From positions 10,726,001 to 10,790,000 of the forward strand of contig CM022677.1 of assembly GCA_012295275.1 (NCBI GenBank): a DNA stretch of 64,000 bases. Reading direction: 5' to 3'. Position numbers and translations under genes: made by a program. Shown here in pieces: positions 61,101-64,000 of this stretch. Positions within the stretch are counted from its first letter, which is position 1. Every line of letters begins with the position of its first letter. Under the pieces are notes generated by a model, which was not told where the DNA came from, ran no database searches, and saw only the letters and a list, made by a program, of their open reading frames with translations. This stretch comes from Chrysomallon squamiferum (Eukaryota; Animalia; Mollusca).

Positions 61101-61877
61101 AAACTAATAAATAAACAAACAAACAAAAATTAAATAAAATAAATAAATAAATAAAAACTAATAATAAACAAACAAACAAACAAAAATAAAAAAAAAATAA
61201 ATAAATAAATAAAACTAAGTAAATATACATGAATAATTTAGAAATTAAAGTAATAAATAAACATCAAGAAAATAATAAATAAAATAAAATAAAATAAAAT
61301 AAATACATTTCGGTGATCCGGAGCTAAAAGTGAGCAAAGATCCAAAATCAAGATTTACATTATATTTTGAACAGGACCAGTCAGAGATCAAAGCCTTTCT
61401 TTTATTTATTTATTTTTTTTTTTTACGTCACGATCTAAAAATTATCAATGATTCAAGACCTGCATTAAGAAGGACTCACATTATATATTGTACAGTAATC
61501 CGAGATCAAAAATCTTAATTGATTCGTTTTTTTCTTCAGGTTTGCGTCTAACACTGACCAAAGATCCACGAGCTAGGTTAAGAAAGTTTTATCGGTTATA
61601 CTGTACAGTAATGCCTGTGTCCGAGATTAAAGATTTTGTCTTTTTTCATAAGAGTATGCGACCCCAAACCTTCACCGGAGTTTGTCAGGCCCGACGAACC
61701 TGCGATGGTTTCGTTCGCTACAGAAGTGGATACTACTGCGGTTGTCTTTCCAAAACCGAGCCAGTTAGAGTGTACTTTCTGAACATACGGAAGTTGATAA
61801 TGAGTGACTTCACTATGTGGAGATGTTTTCATAGTGGCGAGGTGGCGGTTGTAAACGTGACGCAGTATTCTAGATAA
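58195..61877 (+). CDS. Small secreted Cys-containing, probably Ig-like single-domain protein (~130 aa)
   Basis: Exon 1 58195-58249 encodes signal-peptide-like MAMFHYFLICSAGLICVL-G with phase-1 donor G|gtgcgt. Exon 2 61540-61877 follows tttttcttcag and reads GLRLTLTKDPRARLRKFYRLYCTV...FVFF...C....C...YYCGC...YFLNIRKLIMSDFTMWRC...VVNVTQYSR*. The L-x-C ... L-x-I-xx-L-xx-SD-xxx-W-x-C spacing is Ig-like. Joining the two exons is inferred from phase compatibility. Confidence 0.65.
58611..59929 (+). mobile_element. Degenerate Mutator-like (MULE) DNA transposon
   Basis: ~50-bp imperfect TIRs (ggtatcaggataattgcccctgacaactgccccgccccaatttttcttc / gaagaaaaaatggggtgggcagtggtccaggagcaagtgttctggtatc). Broken transposase peptides TGCFFHLSQCI*RQIQ...DEEFALLIRQI...AFVP...LEYFEDNFI (from ~59128) and RTNNFLEGWH (~59414-59443) match the MULE CxxH and TNNxxE motifs. 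Confidence 0.85.
59960..60700 (-). mobile_element. Degenerate mariner-like transposase relic
   Basis: GC-richer island with frameshifted minus-strand peptides AKYGQRTASE / FRNLKSGD, resembling the mariner HTH (YGxxTxSE..WFxKFxSGD), and weak downstream remnants. No intact ORF or clear TIR. Confidence 0.4.
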
Positions 61878-62102
61878 AGTTAAGAAATAATATCTTAGTT
61901 TCCATAGTGATTTACAATCGTTAATGCTCGTAATAGTAATAACTGAATCTTTGTTTTTAAACGCGTTTCGTAATAAATCTTTCGAAAATCATTATCTTAA
62001 AACTTATTATTTTTACTTGTTTCAGAAATACATTCTAATTTTTTTCATAATAAATTTTATGTTACTTCATTGGTTTCACTTCGAAATAATGACCCATTTG
62101 TA

Positions 62103-62138
<36 letters not shown>

Positions 62139-62140
62139 AT

Positions 62141-62189
<49 letters not shown>

Positions 62190-62831
62190 GCTACTACTAC
62201 TATTACTACTACTACTTTTTTGTAGAGATAGGTCAGCAGAAATCATCATCATTCTTTTTATTATTACTTTATTTTCATTACTCTTTTATTTTTCTGCAAA
62301 CTGACTTAATGAAAAAATAAAAAATTAAATAAATAAATAAATAAATAAATAATAAAAATAATAATAATAATAAAATGAATAAGATAAAAATATCTTTAAA
62401 CTGTCTAATTTTCGACCAAATATTAAGATTTTGGTTGTGCTTTATTCCAGACAGAAAAACAACGGACTGCACAGGAGAATTTCCTTGGAAGTAAAACATT
62501 TTATCGAAAATAAACCTTCAGCAATTTTACATGTTAATTAGTAGACGTTAGAAGAACATATGGATAAAACAGTCAAATAAGTAGAATATAATATACAAAT
62601 CGTTTATAAGTAATAAATAAAAGCTGATTAACCCATGTGAGTATTTAATAGTTGTCAAATTGTCTATTTAATCTTTATTATATATTTAAATATTCTCAGT
62701 AGATACAAACGTTTCAAACTGTTTAATAATTCTCTTCGGTAGATGCCACGTGTAAAATATTCTAAGATAATACCATCATTGAAATGACGTCAGAGGCAAA
62801 TGTTGAGTGGCTTTATAGTTAAGAGTTTCTG

Positions 62832-62882
<51 letters not shown>

Positions 62883-63024
62883 CGAATTTAAATTTTGTGT
62901 TGGGCAAGGCAAATGTTTCCTTCGGTTTAATAACACTTTTTAGAGCTCTAAGGCAACTTTCCACAGAAGCGATTAGTGGTATTGCTACTGAAGACTAGGA
63001 ATGACTGTGACTCAGATTCAAATT

Positions 63025-63057
<33 letters not shown>

Positions 63058-64000
63058 TGCTATAATGTAGTAGATTAGTTCGTTAAAATTACTCTTAATT
63101 CTATTACTTTGAGTTAAAACATTTTCTAAGGAAGTGCAAAAGGTCAGGGTCAGCATAATTTCTTAAAAGTTGAATATTTGTGGATTTGATATAAACTACC
63201 TGGATATGAAGTTGATAGCTGAATACCCAAGTCAGTCATCCCATCACCCAAGAAGAAAGGAAAAACTGACGAGATTGTGACAGCCACTGGCTGGCTTTAT
63301 GAACATGTAGGTCTTCATTGTCAATATATTTGAACATATTTCAAAAAGTGTACGTTTCCTTTATTTTTATTTTACCGATAATAATTATTATTACTTATTA
63401 TTGAATATTTTATCATTCTTAATGTTTAGTCTCCTAATGCTAATGTTATTGTACCACTGGCTAATGGCTGCCTGAATATCACCACCAGATTGTGTCGCAG
63501 ATATCTATTTTCCTTGAAAAACGTTATGAAAACAAACCCACGTGCATGATGATTAAAATAGACACATACCCGACATACTTTCCAAACAGACCAATCATAT
63601 CGCTATGACACGAACAGAACGCCATTTTTTCCCCCACTGCTTCAGTAACGCAGTAATGATCCAATTATCAAACATTTCATGGAGTGATTATCACCTCATG
63701 TAAATAGCATCATATGGGGTGCTAATGTTCTGGAAGCATCAACATCAGGAAATTCCAGAACATTCGAGCAGTAACCACATGACACATCATGTCACGTTGA
63801 CATTCCTTGACGAAAATCCACAGCTATAATAACCAATCAAAACTGTTTATTTCAATCACTGCACCTGAAAAATACTCGTTTTACATAAGCAGATTGAACG
63901 GTTACGGAGAGAGAGGGTTGGAGCTTCACAAGTTACAGGTGCGCTGATGTTTTTCGACACCAAAGCAGTTGTATGATTTACATAAATAAACGAATTTTAA

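Noticed and set aside
63200-64000. GC-richer unique stretch at the right edge
   Set aside because: No sustained ORF, splice pattern or TIR that I could recognise; possibly a decayed TE.

Overview
Very AT-rich, microsatellite-saturated eukaryotic genomic DNA. Repeat density and gene style suggest a mollusc, probably a cephalopod; this is inference only. Most ORFs in the supplied track are simple-repeat artefacts. Reading splice sites and frames by hand gives five spliced genes. (1) The 5' part of inversin (INVS) on the minus strand, with a GC-AG intron. (2) A 15-coding-exon, highly divergent SLC6/NSS-fold transporter on the plus strand, with a 9-nt microexon and a 1-nt frame problem. (3) An ankyrin-repeat + SOCS-box (ASB-like) gene on the minus strand, interrupted by one in-frame TGA exactly where the next ankyrin repeat has Trp. 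(4) A secreted protein with four antistasin-type modules, Gly/Met/Asn/Tyr low-complexity repeats and a C-terminal YCGGC Cys module. (5) A small secreted Ig-like protein whose intron holds MULE and mariner-like transposon relics. Also present: a hAT MITE with a perfect 8-bp TSD, a Tc1/mariner-like relic, a perfect 22-bp intronic hairpin, minisatellites and several local duplications of splice junctions. The most interesting lead is the ASB-like in-frame UGA, which could be restored by A-to-I editing or recoding, or could be a recent null allele or assembly error.
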